Origin: Bacteroidales bacterium | GTDB lineage: Bacteria; Bacteroidota; Bacteroidia; Bacteroidales; VadinHA17 | Reading direction: 5' to 3' | Assembly: GCA_034005245.1 (NCBI GenBank) | Contig: JAVEVC010000001.1 | Span: 161,999-225,998 of the forward strand | DNA length: 64,000 bases | Notes under the pieces: generated by a model | Told to the model about the DNA's origin: nothing | The model's input: the letters and a program-made list of their open reading frames with translations, nothing else | Databases searched by the model: none | Part shown: piece by piece, positions 9,238 to 19,703 of the stretch | Position numbering within the stretch: position 1 is the stretch's first letter | Layout of the letters: each line of letters opens with the position of its first letter | Made by a program: the position numbers and the translations under genes

Positions 9238-10191
9238 TTATCCGGTGAAATAGGGAAGTTTTGTGATTCTCGGATCAAAGTCAAGTTTCCTGACTATTTC
9301 CTTTGCATTTTTTTCTGCAATGACAGGTTCCCTTCCTACTTCAGTACAGGATTCAAGCGGTGCGAATCCATCCATCCCAACATTGGCAACACTGACAGGC
9401 AGACTGAGAACATATCTAAGAAGGTCATCGCCTGAGACATTGCCGATAAGAGCATTCTGCCCCATAACCTTTATAGCTATTATGCCAAGATTCCTTTCAG
9501 AAGCTAGCGGTATGAGCGCATCCTCATTCCCATTATAACGTGATGCATTAATAACACACATGACAACATCCACATCAAATTCCCTTAAAGATTTCTGGGA
9601 TGCCTCATTCCATTTGTGAAAAGAGAACCCTATGTTTTTCACCACACCTTCATCCCTTAGTTTCAGAAAAGCCTTGTAACCCCCTGAAGAACTCTGGAGC
9701 GAGTTTACATCGTCAGGCTTGTCAATAGCGTGCATGCAATAGAGATCAAGATAATCGGTCTTTAGGGTATTCAGTGTTATCTCAATGTCTTTCATCACAC
9801 CGTCGTAGGTTCTCTGGCCGGTTTTGGAATTAAGAAATATCTGGCTTCTGTACTTTGGCGTAAGGAATTTTCCGTACCGTTCCTCACACAACCCGTTGCC
9901 ATAAGACCTTGCTGCATCAAAGTATGTGATTCCGAGTGATATTGCATGATCAATGTGCTTCTGAAGTATCTCGTCAGTTGCCACCCAGTTTGTATAACGG
10001 GATCCTCCGCCAAATCCAACGCATGACACCATCCTGTTTGTCCTGCCCAGCCTTCTTTTGGGAAGAGGGCCTGATTTTGCCTTCTTCTTCATTGACCCGG
10101 GGCTGGCAGCTCCGATAGCAGGAAGTATAACGGCAGGAGCAGAGACAATAGATGTTTTTATGAACTTGCGCCTCGAAAAATGAGTCTTCAT
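9238..10191 (-). CDS. aldo/keto reductase with a twin-arginine (Tat) signal
   Basis: The N-terminus is MKTHFSRRKFIKTSIVSAPAVILPAIGAAS. AKR catalytic residues are visible (FDAARSYGNG, LNSK, CMHA). Confidence 0.8.
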   Translation of the reverse strand: MKTHFSRRKFIKTSIVSAPAVILPAIGAASPGSMKKKAKSGPLPKRRLGRTNRMVSCVGFGGGSRYTNWVATDEILQKHIDHAISLGITYFDAARSYGNGLCEERYGKFLTPKYRSQIFLNSKTGQRTYDGVMKDIEITLNTLKTDYLDLYCMHAIDKPDDVNSLQSSSGGYKAFLKLRDEGVVKNIGFSFHKWNEASQKSLREFDVDVVMCVINASRYNGNEDALIPLASERNLGIIAIKVMGQNALIGNVSGDDLLRYVLSLPVSVANVGMDGFAPLESCTEVGREPVIAEKNAKEIVRKLDFDPRITKLPYFTG

Positions 10192-10283
10192 GTGTAGATT
10201 CTGTTTAGAGTTAATTCATTAATATATAAACATAAGAGAAAATATAAAAAGCGGATTCAAATATGATTAAAATATTATAAATA

Positions 10284-12764
10284 TTATATTCCGCCAAGAA
10301 GCTTGTCAGCAGCCAGGACACAGAAAATATATGAAGCAGCGCCTGGCATTACGTATTCAGATTGTTGCCAGAGATATGGTGTGGTTTCCTTGAGTTCGGG
10401 ATAATCAGGTCGTATCAATGCAGTTCCCGAGACCATTCCGCCAGGAATATACGATTCAAGGAATCTGTAGACTCCAAATGCATTGGTTATGGAATGAGCA
10501 CCCACGCCTGAGACCAGCGAGGTGCTTGAACCCGGATGGCATCCCAGCACATAATTCACTACCCTCAGGACAAGCTCTCTGTCAAACAGATCAGGGTATT
10601 TCATGATCAGAAAATAGTGTTCCAGGGCATATTCCTGGATATCCCATCCTATTCCCCAGATGGCAGGCCTCCATGGTACTCCGTAAGGATTGGCTGCCAG
10701 GGTGGAATCGAGGGTAATCTTATATGATTTCAGAGCTTCCATAAAATCCTCATTAAATCTGTTATCACTTAACCTGTCAGAAACTCTGGCCACACACCAT
10801 GCCGTATTACCGATATTCTCCTTTATTGCCGGAAGAAGATTCATCATATGCGTTGCATATTTTTCTTCTCCGGTTGTATATAATAATTCTGCCGTTGCAA
10901 TTATTTCCTGGACTTTAGTATTTCTCGGCACATAAGCATTGCGCTGTATGACCGGCTCGTGATTCTGCTCAAAATCCCAGGCTTTCCCGGCTGTTTCAAG
11001 ACACTCATCCGCAAGTTTGTCGTCAAAACCTCTCAGCGACCTGCTCGAAGCAGCAAGAGCTGCAGATACAAGATACTCAAGGCCGGTATCCTTGTTTGTA
11101 AACACCCACCTTTCGTCATTGACACCCGAATGAGTCAGTGTTTTCTGGTTGGGCTTCATCCTGCTGTCATAGAATAGCTGATCGGTTTGTGAAGCCCAGT
11201 CGCCTGTAATGTTCCGCCCTTCCCGGTTTGCAATTATCCCGGCAAAACTATGGCCGGCCGCCCTGTAACCCGACAGCAGATTTATTGCCCCATGCTTTAT
11301 CTGCTGGACAAAATCGGGGATGCCATCGGGGGTGTTCATCTCAACGTAAAGGTCCTCAAAGTTGACAAGGGTCTGGTCGGTCTGATTACTGCAAATCTCA
11401 TTTGCCAGTACAAGATAATGAGTGGTTGCAGCCTGTGAGCCTGCTGCCAGGTCATCGTCACCGGCATCATGCCAGCCGCCACGGTTCAGGAAGGGAACAG
11501 TAGTCATGGGCGGATATTTCGTTTCAGCATCCTTGTATTGCCTGTATCCGTCTACATGCTCTATGTCAAGCGGAGCCTGAAGTGCGTCATCAAGATGACA
11601 TGCATTGTGCCATATAGCTGAGCCTTCTTTTACCTTTATATGACACATCTGAACAGGGAAATAACCTTCAAGAGCCGGCTGCCATACTCCTGTGCGAAAT
11701 ACATCCGAATCGATTGAAAAGGGATTTGATCTCTGATCTTCATAACAGACAACATACATTCCTGGTTCTTTTATTTCAGTAAAATCAAATATTGCATAGT
11801 CATATCTCAGAAACCTTCCCCATTGTGAGGGAACAGCTGCTAAAACCTCATTCAATCCATCTTTTTCAGTAACCTTCATCAGGCTGGCTTTTCCCAGGCG
11901 GCTGCCTGAAGGGCCAAGTTCGATTATTGCCTGTTTAACCTGATCCGGATGATATCCTACCTGCGATAAAGCTATTACCGGATCCCTCGTCCAGCCTTCA
12001 ATAACATTCGGACTGACAAACCATTCCACAGCCCCTTCTGACACGCCTGCCGGAATAATGGATTTTACCATAATCCATCCGCCTTTACTGGTCTCCCTGC
12101 CGTCAGCCAGAATTATCTCATTCTTCAGGCTTTCTATCATCAGTTTCCTTAACGGATCTTCTCCTGCAAGGGTAAGTGATTTTCCCGTGCCCATAATCTC
12201 GCCTTTTAATGATCCTTCCTCATCCCTGTAAACCGATCTTACAGCCATCCTTGGCACTATTCCGAAAGATTCGCCTATCTGAAAAGTCTTTCCGTAATAC
12301 AATGGGGGGTAAATCTCCATCTCAAAGGTGAGCCTGTTCTCCCAGTTTGAAGGTATCGGTTTGTCGAGATCTACTGTCAGACGGAAACCGTTCGCTTCAG
12401 GCCTGATGGTAACTTTGTAACCGAAATCAAAATCGTCATACCTGACAGTTGATCTTATTTCGTTTCTTTTTCTGTCAATTTCACGGGTGGCTCTGTCGGG
12501 ATTCGGAAGCCGCCGTCCTTCAACCGGCTGCATACGTATAAATCCGTTCGTAGCAACACGCTCGTCATGTTGAATGATCTCAATACCGCCCTGATGCCCG
12601 GTTGTATAGAAATTATGAAATGCCAGGACTGACAGTCCGGATTTTGACAGATACTCCTGGTCATTTAAGGAAAGCTTATTTTCTGAGGATTGCTGTCCGC
12701 AACTTTCAAGCAAAATGGACAATGTTACGGCAAAAAAGGCAAGAAGAAACGTTATTCTATTCAT
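10284..12764 (-). CDS. glycoside hydrolase family 9-like lipoprotein (unknown N-terminal module, Ig-like domain, (alpha/alpha)6 catalytic domain)
   Basis: Lipobox LLESC. An Ig-like segment (PVIALSQVGYHPDQVKQAIIEL) resembles the cellulase N-terminal domain. GH9-type motifs are present: GGWHDAGDDD, NYVLGCHPGSSTSLVSGVG and a C-terminal WQQSEYVMPGAASY. Confidence 0.7.
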   Translation of the reverse strand: MNRITFLLAFFAVTLSILLESCGQQSSENKLSLNDQEYLSKSGLSVLAFHNFYTTGHQGGIEIIQHDERVATNGFIRMQPVEGRRLPNPDRATREIDRKRNEIRSTVRYDDFDFGYKVTIRPEANGFRLTVDLDKPIPSNWENRLTFEMEIYPPLYYGKTFQIGESFGIVPRMAVRSVYRDEEGSLKGEIMGTGKSLTLAGEDPLRKLMIESLKNEIILADGRETSKGGWIMVKSIIPAGVSEGAVEWFVSPNVIEGWTRDPVIALSQVGYHPDQVKQAIIELGPSGSRLGKASLMKVTEKDGLNEVLAAVPSQWGRFLRYDYAIFDFTEIKEPGMYVVCYEDQRSNPFSIDSDVFRTGVWQPALEGYFPVQMCHIKVKEGSAIWHNACHLDDALQAPLDIEHVDGYRQYKDAETKYPPMTTVPFLNRGGWHDAGDDDLAAGSQAATTHYLVLANEICSNQTDQTLVNFEDLYVEMNTPDGIPDFVQQIKHGAINLLSGYRAAGHSFAGIIANREGRNITGDWASQTDQLFYDSRMKPNQKTLTHSGVNDERWVFTNKDTGLEYLVSAALAASSRSLRGFDDKLADECLETAGKAWDFEQNHEPVIQRNAYVPRNTKVQEIIATAELLYTTGEEKYATHMMNLLPAIKENIGNTAWCVARVSDRLSDNRFNEDFMEALKSYKITLDSTLAANPYGVPWRPAIWGIGWDIQEYALEHYFLIMKYPDLFDRELVLRVVNYVLGCHPGSSTSLVSGVGAHSITNAFGVYRFLESYIPGGMVSGTALIRPDYPELKETTPYLWQQSEYVMPGAASYIFCVLAADKLLGGI

Positions 12765-12792
12765 AGTCAGGTTATTTTATGTTGCAGATATT

Positions 12793-15261
12793 TTATCCGT
12801 TAAGAAGCTTGTCAGCTGCCAGTATGCAGAATATGTATGAAGCAGCTCCGGGCATAACATATTCGGTCTGTTGCCAGATGTAAGGAAATGGTTCTTTCAT
12901 TTCCGGAAGATCGGGCCTTATAAGTGCAGTACCGGAAACCATTCCTCCCGGTATATAGGACCACCAGTGCATATTGAAACCGTATGCAGGAATGATTGAT
13001 TGCGCACCAACGGCTGAAACCAGCGAAGTGCTTGATCCGGGGTGGCATCCAAGGACATAATTCACTACGCGACAAACATTTTCCCTGCTGAAGAGATCAG
13101 GAAAGATTGAACTTAGATAGTATTGGGCTATAGCGTATTCCTGTATGTCCCATCCTATGCCCCATATGCGAGGTCTCCAGGGTACACCGTACGGATTTTC
13201 TGAAAGGCTTGCGTCAAGCTTTTCCCCGTATGATGCTAATGCTTCTTTAACCTGATCTTCGAATGACTGATCGTTCATTGCTTTCAAAGCACGTGCTGCA
13301 GACCAGCCTACTTCTTCCGGATTGTCTTTAATGACCGGCAGCAATTCATAAAGTCTTGACCTGAAGCGATCCTCTTCCGTAGTTATAAGCAATTCACATG
13401 TAGCATGCACCTCCTGCCATTCATGGTGCTGTGGAACATATGCATTAGGCTGAATAACAGGCTCATGGTTTTGCTCGAATTCCCATGCCTTTATGGCAGT
13501 GGCAAGACATTCCTCTGCAAGCGCGTCGTTATATCCCCTTAATAACCTGCTGGCTGCAACCAATGCGGTGATTACCTGATATTCAAGCGAGGTATCCTTG
13601 TTTGTGACCGCCCACCTGTCATCAGGCGCGCCTGACCGGTTACCTCGTACCTCATCCTGTTTAAGTGAAGGATGGTAAAATTTCTGATCAGATACGGAAG
13701 CAACATCTCCCAGGAAGCTACGACCCTCAAAAGTCTCTATAATTCCTACGAAAGAATGACCTGATGCACGGTATCCCGAGAGCAGGTTTATTACACCATG
13801 TTCAATTTGCTGCTGAAGATCGGGGATGCCATCCGGCCTTCGGAGGTGAACATACAAGGCATCCTGTTGTACGGTGGTCTGATCGACATCTATATTGAAT
13901 GCCTCGCCTGCCAGTGCAAGGAATAAAGTTGTCTGAGCCTGGGAACCGGCAGCCAGGTCATTATCAGCCGCATCGTGCCATCCTCCTCTGTTTAGGCCGG
14001 GTATAGTCTCATCAGGCCTGTACTTTGTCTCAGTTATTGCATAAGTTCTGTATCCGTCAGGCAGGGTTACTGAAAGTGGTGCCTGACGGGCATCATCGAG
14101 ATGGCATGCACCATGCCATACCCTTGAGCGGTCGCGCACCCTCATGTGACACATCTGTACCGGGAAATATATTTCAAGAGTAGGCTGCCAGACACGCTGA
14201 CTGTAAACTTCCCTGCTGATGGAAAAGGGGCCGGCTATCTTGTTGTCATAATTTACAGTGTAGATACCAGGATCCCTGACATCTGAAAAATCAAATATTG
14301 CGTATTTGTACCTGAGAAAATTACCCCATTCAACCGGTATTGACGATTTTACAATCTCCACGCCTCTATCTCCATCAATTTTTTTAAGAAATGCCTTACC
14401 AGGCTTGCCGGCCAGGGCATCAAGCTCAATGATGGCCTGTTTAACCTGCTCGGGATGATAGCCGACCTGGGAGACAGTTATGACCGGCTCACGGATCCAG
14501 TCATGGATTATATTAGGGGAAATTATCCATTCCAGAGCTCCGGTATCAGTTCCGCCCGGAATCACAGAACTAACAATGATCCATCCGCTAAGGGAGCTGT
14601 TCCTCTCGTCAATAAGTGACAACTCACCGTTCAACTGTTCAATCTGGAGTTTACAGTACTGATCTTCAGGGGCAATAACCAGTTTCTTCCCAGTCGCCAA
14701 TGGTTCAGGCTTGAATCCGTCACCTGATCCGGTTACCATACGATCAAGCCCTTCCACAGGAATCAGGCCGGACCTGTCTCCCAGATGATATGTCTTGCCT
14801 CTGTAGGTTACCGGAAACAGCTGCAGGTCAAAGGTAGCCCTTCCCTCCCATTCGGCGGGAAGAGGCCTGTCAAGATCAACCGCCAGATGTATGGAACCAG
14901 CTTCTGGCCAAACCCTCAGAGTATAACCGAAATCAAGACCGGTGGTGCTTACCCTGGCACTTATTTCATTCCTCTCCCTGTCAATAACTCTATCAGCTTT
15001 CTCAGGTCGCGGAAAACTTTCATTCCCCGGTAAATCAATATTTATGAATCCGTTTGAAGCAGTCCGTTCACCATGATGAACGAACTCAATACCTCCCTGA
15101 TCGCCGACAGGATAATAATTGTGAAATACAAGAACATTAAAACCCTGCGTCTCAAGATATTCAAGATCGTTTATCGTCCAGTCAGGCCTGAACGACTCAC
15201 TATTGCACCCGGTCAGCATGAGTACCGGCACTAACATGATCAATAATTTTAACCTTACCAT
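12793..15261 (-). CDS. GH9-like lipoprotein, tandem paralog of 10284..12764
   Basis: Lipobox LTGC. It is colinear with the downstream paralog along its whole length, with the same motifs except GGWHDAADND in place of DAGD. The gap to the next gene is 28 nt. Confidence 0.7.
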   Translation of the reverse strand: MVRLKLLIMLVPVLMLTGCNSESFRPDWTINDLEYLETQGFNVLVFHNYYPVGDQGGIEFVHHGERTASNGFINIDLPGNESFPRPEKADRVIDRERNEISARVSTTGLDFGYTLRVWPEAGSIHLAVDLDRPLPAEWEGRATFDLQLFPVTYRGKTYHLGDRSGLIPVEGLDRMVTGSGDGFKPEPLATGKKLVIAPEDQYCKLQIEQLNGELSLIDERNSSLSGWIIVSSVIPGGTDTGALEWIISPNIIHDWIREPVITVSQVGYHPEQVKQAIIELDALAGKPGKAFLKKIDGDRGVEIVKSSIPVEWGNFLRYKYAIFDFSDVRDPGIYTVNYDNKIAGPFSISREVYSQRVWQPTLEIYFPVQMCHMRVRDRSRVWHGACHLDDARQAPLSVTLPDGYRTYAITETKYRPDETIPGLNRGGWHDAADNDLAAGSQAQTTLFLALAGEAFNIDVDQTTVQQDALYVHLRRPDGIPDLQQQIEHGVINLLSGYRASGHSFVGIIETFEGRSFLGDVASVSDQKFYHPSLKQDEVRGNRSGAPDDRWAVTNKDTSLEYQVITALVAASRLLRGYNDALAEECLATAIKAWEFEQNHEPVIQPNAYVPQHHEWQEVHATCELLITTEEDRFRSRLYELLPVIKDNPEEVGWSAARALKAMNDQSFEDQVKEALASYGEKLDASLSENPYGVPWRPRIWGIGWDIQEYAIAQYYLSSIFPDLFSRENVCRVVNYVLGCHPGSSTSLVSAVGAQSIIPAYGFNMHWWSYIPGGMVSGTALIRPDLPEMKEPFPYIWQQTEYVMPGAASYIFCILAADKLLNG

Positions 15262-15342
15262 AATTTCAGAATTATTTATTAAGATAAATAAGAATTATCA
15301 GGTTATGCAATTGATCAGCTGATGTCTCCAATATACCGCCGA

Positions 15343-15385
15343 TAAAAATGCCTGCCACCGGCGATGGCCTCAGCCAGGGCCTTCT
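15343..15385 (-). terminator. putative intrinsic terminator after the CE4 gene
   Basis: The minus-strand RNA reads GGCCCUGGCUGAGGCC then GCCAUCGCCGGUGGC (a 6-bp GC-rich stem with a 3-nt loop), followed by AGGCAUUUUUAUC. Confidence 0.4.
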
Positions 15386-15402
15386 GCTAACGGTTCCTGT
15401 CC

Positions 15403-16272
15403 TTACTTGCAGTCACAGTCTTTATAATAAACCGGTCCTTCCCTTACTGCCTTAACATAAGCTGCTACATTATTAACGTTGTCGATCCAGATTCCGCTGC
15501 CGGGATCTGCTGCGTACCTGCACAATGAATCAATAACTGAAATACGTGAGGTTTGAAAGCCATCCTTGTTCATTTCATGGCCTGCAAGGATCAGCCAGTA
15601 ACCCTGCTCCCTTGCTGATTCAATAAGATTTAATATTTCCCTGAAGGACTTGCCGTCGAGTTCCATACCTGTTAACTGGGCCAGGTCACAGAATGCAGGA
15701 TTATTGGGACCTTCATCAAGCCATCCCCTACCGGTTTCAAACATTTCTGCTATCAGTGGTACATAGCTTTTTGTTTCTGTACCCCTGCCTACAAACTTCT
15801 GTCCGCAGGGAAATGCAAAAGAAGCAGGACGCACCCCCACCAGGGCCTCGATCATCCTGCTTGCTGAATCAAGTTCAGATCTCATCTTCTCAAGAGTATA
15901 GTCTTCAAGGGCTTTATGCCGGGACCAGGCAAAATTACCGGTACAGGGATGAAGTATAGAATGATTACCGATATCATGACCACTTGCAACAGCTTTCTTC
16001 CATGTATCCACCCTCTGGACAAAGTTACCCGGAGATACATAAAATGTGGCTCTTACTCCATGTTTATCAAGCAGCGGAATTCCAATATCAGCCTGGCTCA
16101 GCCGTGCATCGTCAAATGTGAGGCTTAATGCCATTTTTTTACCATCAGGCCATGGGAATTTCTCTAACGTCGCCTGGGTGCCGGTTCCATATCCCTGAGC
16201 TGAAGAGTCAGTACTCCACAGCCAGAACAATAACATTAAGATGACGTAAGTTGAAATAATATTGTGTCTCAT
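15403..16272 (-). CDS. polysaccharide deacetylase (CE4 / NodB homology), secreted
   Basis: Signal peptide ...WSTDSSA|QG. CE4 motif 1 is LTFDDA and motif 2 is NHSILHP. Confidence 0.8.
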   Translation of the reverse strand: MRHNIISTYVILMLLFWLWSTDSSAQGYGTGTQATLEKFPWPDGKKMALSLTFDDARLSQADIGIPLLDKHGVRATFYVSPGNFVQRVDTWKKAVASGHDIGNHSILHPCTGNFAWSRHKALEDYTLEKMRSELDSASRMIEALVGVRPASFAFPCGQKFVGRGTETKSYVPLIAEMFETGRGWLDEGPNNPAFCDLAQLTGMELDGKSFREILNLIESAREQGYWLILAGHEMNKDGFQTSRISVIDSLCRYAADPGSGIWIDNVNNVAAYVKAVREGPVYYKDCDCK

Positions 16273-16458
16273 GATCGGAATTTAGGTTATTGATCACAAG
16301 ATATCATTTTTAAGTTAATTATTATTAACAATAATTCAAAAAACAGCCTCCCTGCAAAATGACGGAGCCATAAGAATCTGAACGGGTTCTGAAGCGAAAT
16401 CCCGCAAAGGGGAAGTGAGATGATCCCCGGGCATGGAATTTACCCTTTTATTATAATC

Positions 16459-18588
16459 CTACCTCTTCAGTATATACCAGAGAGTCTTGTATTGAGCGCC
16501 TATATTAACTACCTTATCGCCTCCTTTCTTATAACTGCTGACTTCAGTAGTCTCCTTTCCTGTAGGATCAAGTGCATAAACACTGAACTTATCCATGTTT
16601 CTGAAGACAAGTTTTACAGGGATCCCTTCAGCCATCGTAGGGGCTTTACCCCAGTCGCCCCCAAGAGTCGTAAAGTTTTCATCCCATTTCCAACCGGTAT
16701 TTTCAACTCTTCCTGCAACTGTAATAAGCACTTTTGAAGACTCCTCAACAGGTTTGCCGTCAAGTGCTGCAATGGTAATTGCTGCCCAATTGTAGGCTGT
16801 TGTATCCATATTGATTGAAACAGAACCAAGCTCGATATTTTTGCCGCCTAAATAGCCAACAGCAGCTTTCACGGCAGGGGCATTGACCTTATAAACAGCA
16901 TTGACGGAATCCTGATTCTCCCATATTATCTCTCCTGTCTCACTTACCCAGGCGCCCTGAGGAGGATCAACCGTCTTCGATAAGGCAAGTTCACTTGCAT
17001 TCGTGTTTACTCTTATCGGATGCATTAATGCCAGGGCATTGAATGATCCTGCTTCATCCCATATCAGATTCATGTTTGTTCCATGAAGGCGCAATCTGTT
17101 ACCTGTTTTAACAAGCTCGCCCACAACTGACTCTTCAGGCAATCCCAGCCTGACTATGTTCTGCCCCGGTTTCACAGCCTCCATTCTGAACATTAGCGCG
17201 CCGGAGGGAGCAAAGATCTGTTTGAGGGGATGGCCTTCCAGTGCAAAAAATCCGGGAATAATTCCTTTATTAAAATGAGAACCGCATGCAAACTGGTATA
17301 TAGCATCAAAATCCTGAAATGCTGAGAAAGAGTTCAGCATCGGATACATCTCGGCAACAAAGAAGTTGGGAGCAGGATGATCATATTCACTGATTGTCAG
17401 TGGCATATTATCAACCCGGTGCTGTCCGAACCTTACCAGTGTCCCCCCTTTCTTATCAGAGACCATTGACGAATTCCTTATCCTCCAGTCTGTCCTTGAC
17501 CAGCTTCTGCCAGGGAATGTCGGGTGCTCCCAGTAAGAATGCATGTCAATGAAGTCGGCATACTCTGATTCCCTGAGGACGCCTGCAACTCCGCTGTATG
17601 ATGCCTGCGTTTCACTCACAAGAGCCCTGATCCTGAGATCGTTCTTTAAGAAATCTGTCATCTCACGGGCATACGACATTTCGGTATCAACAAGGAATGC
17701 CCACATTGCTTCTTTATGGCTGTCTGAAGCCTGTTCATAATTTCCGATAATCCACATAATATCCTTACCCGCAGAGTTCTTCATCTGCACCGGATTTTTC
17801 CCGAGAAAATCTCTCCACATACCCACAAGTGCATTTTTGTGCTCCCTGTTAAGCTGTGTGTAAAGATGCCAGTTCGACAAAAGAGAGTTCTCGTTATTAA
17901 TCTCAACAAATGCAATGGCAGGTTCTTCAGCATAAGTTGTACCGGTATATGGATTCCTGTGAAGAAGAAGCTTCCTGGCATATTCTTTCTGCATCTCAAT
18001 ATATGGCCTGTAGAACTGATCTATGCCCTTTCCGTAGTTAAACTGCTCAATATCAGGGTAATTACTGCCCGGATAATTCCGTGAAACATGCAGGTTAATA
18101 TTAGTGTAGATACCATGCTGTTTAAGCTGGTATATAAGCCAGTCCATTTTGTCAACCTGTCCTGCATCGAACTCTTTCATACTCGGATCCCAGATTCCTC
18201 CGGGAGCTTTCTGATTATCCATATGATGAAGGCGCATTACATTCATGCCCAGTTTTCTCAATCTTGCAGACAGTGAAACTGATATCTCCTTTTCTGGAAA
18301 ACATGCCCCGAAAGTAAGATTGGTCCCGAAAAACCTGATCCTGTCCCCTTTTTCATCCGTAAAATGCCCGTCTTTTACCGTAATATGACCCGAGCTACCG
18401 GCTGGCAGAGGATTGAGAAACGACATATCTGCCACGGTGGCAGAACTGTCGAGGTCAGGTATTACAAATTCAAACCACCCGTATTCGCGGGTTTCATCGA
18501 CATTGTGACACGAAATTATCAAAATGATAATCAATGAGCTTATCAGCAATTGTTTACTGACAACTCTTAAATGAGGTGATTTTTTCAT
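16459..18588 (-). CDS. clan GH-A (GH5-like) glycoside hydrolase lipoprotein
   Basis: Lipobox IISC. It has a TIM-barrel-type acid/base motif (FVEINNENS) and a candidate nucleophile (LTISEYD). The C-terminal 200 or so aa look like a beta-sandwich. The exact family is unassigned. Confidence 0.6.
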   Translation of the reverse strand: MKKSPHLRVVSKQLLISSLIIILIISCHNVDETREYGWFEFVIPDLDSSATVADMSFLNPLPAGSSGHITVKDGHFTDEKGDRIRFFGTNLTFGACFPEKEISVSLSARLRKLGMNVMRLHHMDNQKAPGGIWDPSMKEFDAGQVDKMDWLIYQLKQHGIYTNINLHVSRNYPGSNYPDIEQFNYGKGIDQFYRPYIEMQKEYARKLLLHRNPYTGTTYAEEPAIAFVEINNENSLLSNWHLYTQLNREHKNALVGMWRDFLGKNPVQMKNSAGKDIMWIIGNYEQASDSHKEAMWAFLVDTEMSYAREMTDFLKNDLRIRALVSETQASYSGVAGVLRESEYADFIDMHSYWEHPTFPGRSWSRTDWRIRNSSMVSDKKGGTLVRFGQHRVDNMPLTISEYDHPAPNFFVAEMYPMLNSFSAFQDFDAIYQFACGSHFNKGIIPGFFALEGHPLKQIFAPSGALMFRMEAVKPGQNIVRLGLPEESVVGELVKTGNRLRLHGTNMNLIWDEAGSFNALALMHPIRVNTNASELALSKTVDPPQGAWVSETGEIIWENQDSVNAVYKVNAPAVKAAVGYLGGKNIELGSVSINMDTTAYNWAAITIAALDGKPVEESSKVLITVAGRVENTGWKWDENFTTLGGDWGKAPTMAEGIPVKLVFRNMDKFSVYALDPTGKETTEVSSYKKGGDKVVNIGAQYKTLWYILKR

Positions 18589-18736
18589 AAGCGTAAAACA
18601 ATAACGGTTAAAAGATTATATTAAATATCAATTTGCATCGACTTCTCTGAACAGTGAATCAGGTATTTGCTTTTCTTCATTTCAGACTGCCGGAACTTAA
18701 ATTTTCTTTGCCGGATAATCTATATTTTAAAAGTTA

Positions 18737-19702
18737 TCATCTGTGCTTATCCTGGATTTCTGTTGCCTCTTTTATCTGTTCATCATATGACGGTAGTTCA
18801 AATTCCTTAAGCACATCCTTTACTTTGATATCAGGATCAAGACTTTCAAGTGTTGCCCAGTTTTCGGGATGATGGATCCTGAGTCTTACCTTTCTTCCGT
18901 ACTTTTTCTGAATGTCATCAAACCGGCCGACCTGGGGCCAGATATGTATAAGAATCTTTTCAAGATTAACCGGAGCGCAAACCCACCTTGCAAACTCACC
19001 GTCCGAAGCTATAATGTCTCCGGTAATATCAATGATCCTTGCATCATCACCTGTAGAGGATACAATATAGTAATGATTCCTCCATGCATGATGGACCAGT
19101 ATGTCTCCAAAAGAGGCCTGTGAGGGGAAGAAGACAATTTCAGCACCGCTTGATTTGAGAGAGGTCCATGTGTCGGTGTAATAAGCATCCATACAGATCT
19201 GCATTCCGATAATGCCAAAATCAGTTTTGAAGGCGGGAGGCTCCAGCGAACCCGGGATTACGCCTCCCCCCCTGTAATATTTTCCAGATTCTATCTCTGT
19301 GTCAACAGGATGTGCTTTGTGATACACCCCTGCGATTCCCCCCCGGCGATCCAGCAGGATGGAACTGTTGTAGAATTGTCCTTCCTTTTTGGTAATTACC
19401 GGGCATATTATATAACATTCCTGCTTCCTGGCTATCTCAGCCATCAGACCGGTAACCGGACCCGGATTCATCTCATCCTCAGCTACTTCTTCCAGCGCTT
19501 TTTCCTCCTCAACCCATGATATATTGAATGTTTCAGGCAAACATATTATATCCGGATCAAATGCATACAAGCTTTCCATCCTTTCCAGGACATCCTTTAT
19601 ACGTTTTTCAATGGTCTTTTCCGGTGCCAGTTCCTTCAAGCTTATGGTTGCAACCCAGATCTCTCTTGGGAGGCGGTCTATTCTGTTTTTTCTGGTATTC
19701 AT
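18737..19702 (-). CDS. carbon-nitrogen hydrolase (nitrilase superfamily), leaderless paralog
   Basis: The E-K-C triad contexts are DIICLPETF, VYHKAHPV and GMQICMDAY. I chose the ATG at 19702 (MNTRKNR...), 1 nt after the upstream stop, instead of the track start at 19762, which overlaps the upstream gene. Confidence 0.75.
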   Translation of the reverse strand: MNTRKNRIDRLPREIWVATISLKELAPEKTIEKRIKDVLERMESLYAFDPDIICLPETFNISWVEEEKALEEVAEDEMNPGPVTGLMAEIARKQECYIICPVITKKEGQFYNSSILLDRRGGIAGVYHKAHPVDTEIESGKYYRGGGVIPGSLEPPAFKTDFGIIGMQICMDAYYTDTWTSLKSSGAEIVFFPSQASFGDILVHHAWRNHYYIVSSTGDDARIIDITGDIIASDGEFARWVCAPVNLEKILIHIWPQVGRFDDIQKKYGRKVRLRIHHPENWATLESLDPDIKVKDVLKEFELPSYDEQIKEATEIQDKHR

Positions 19703-19703
19703 T

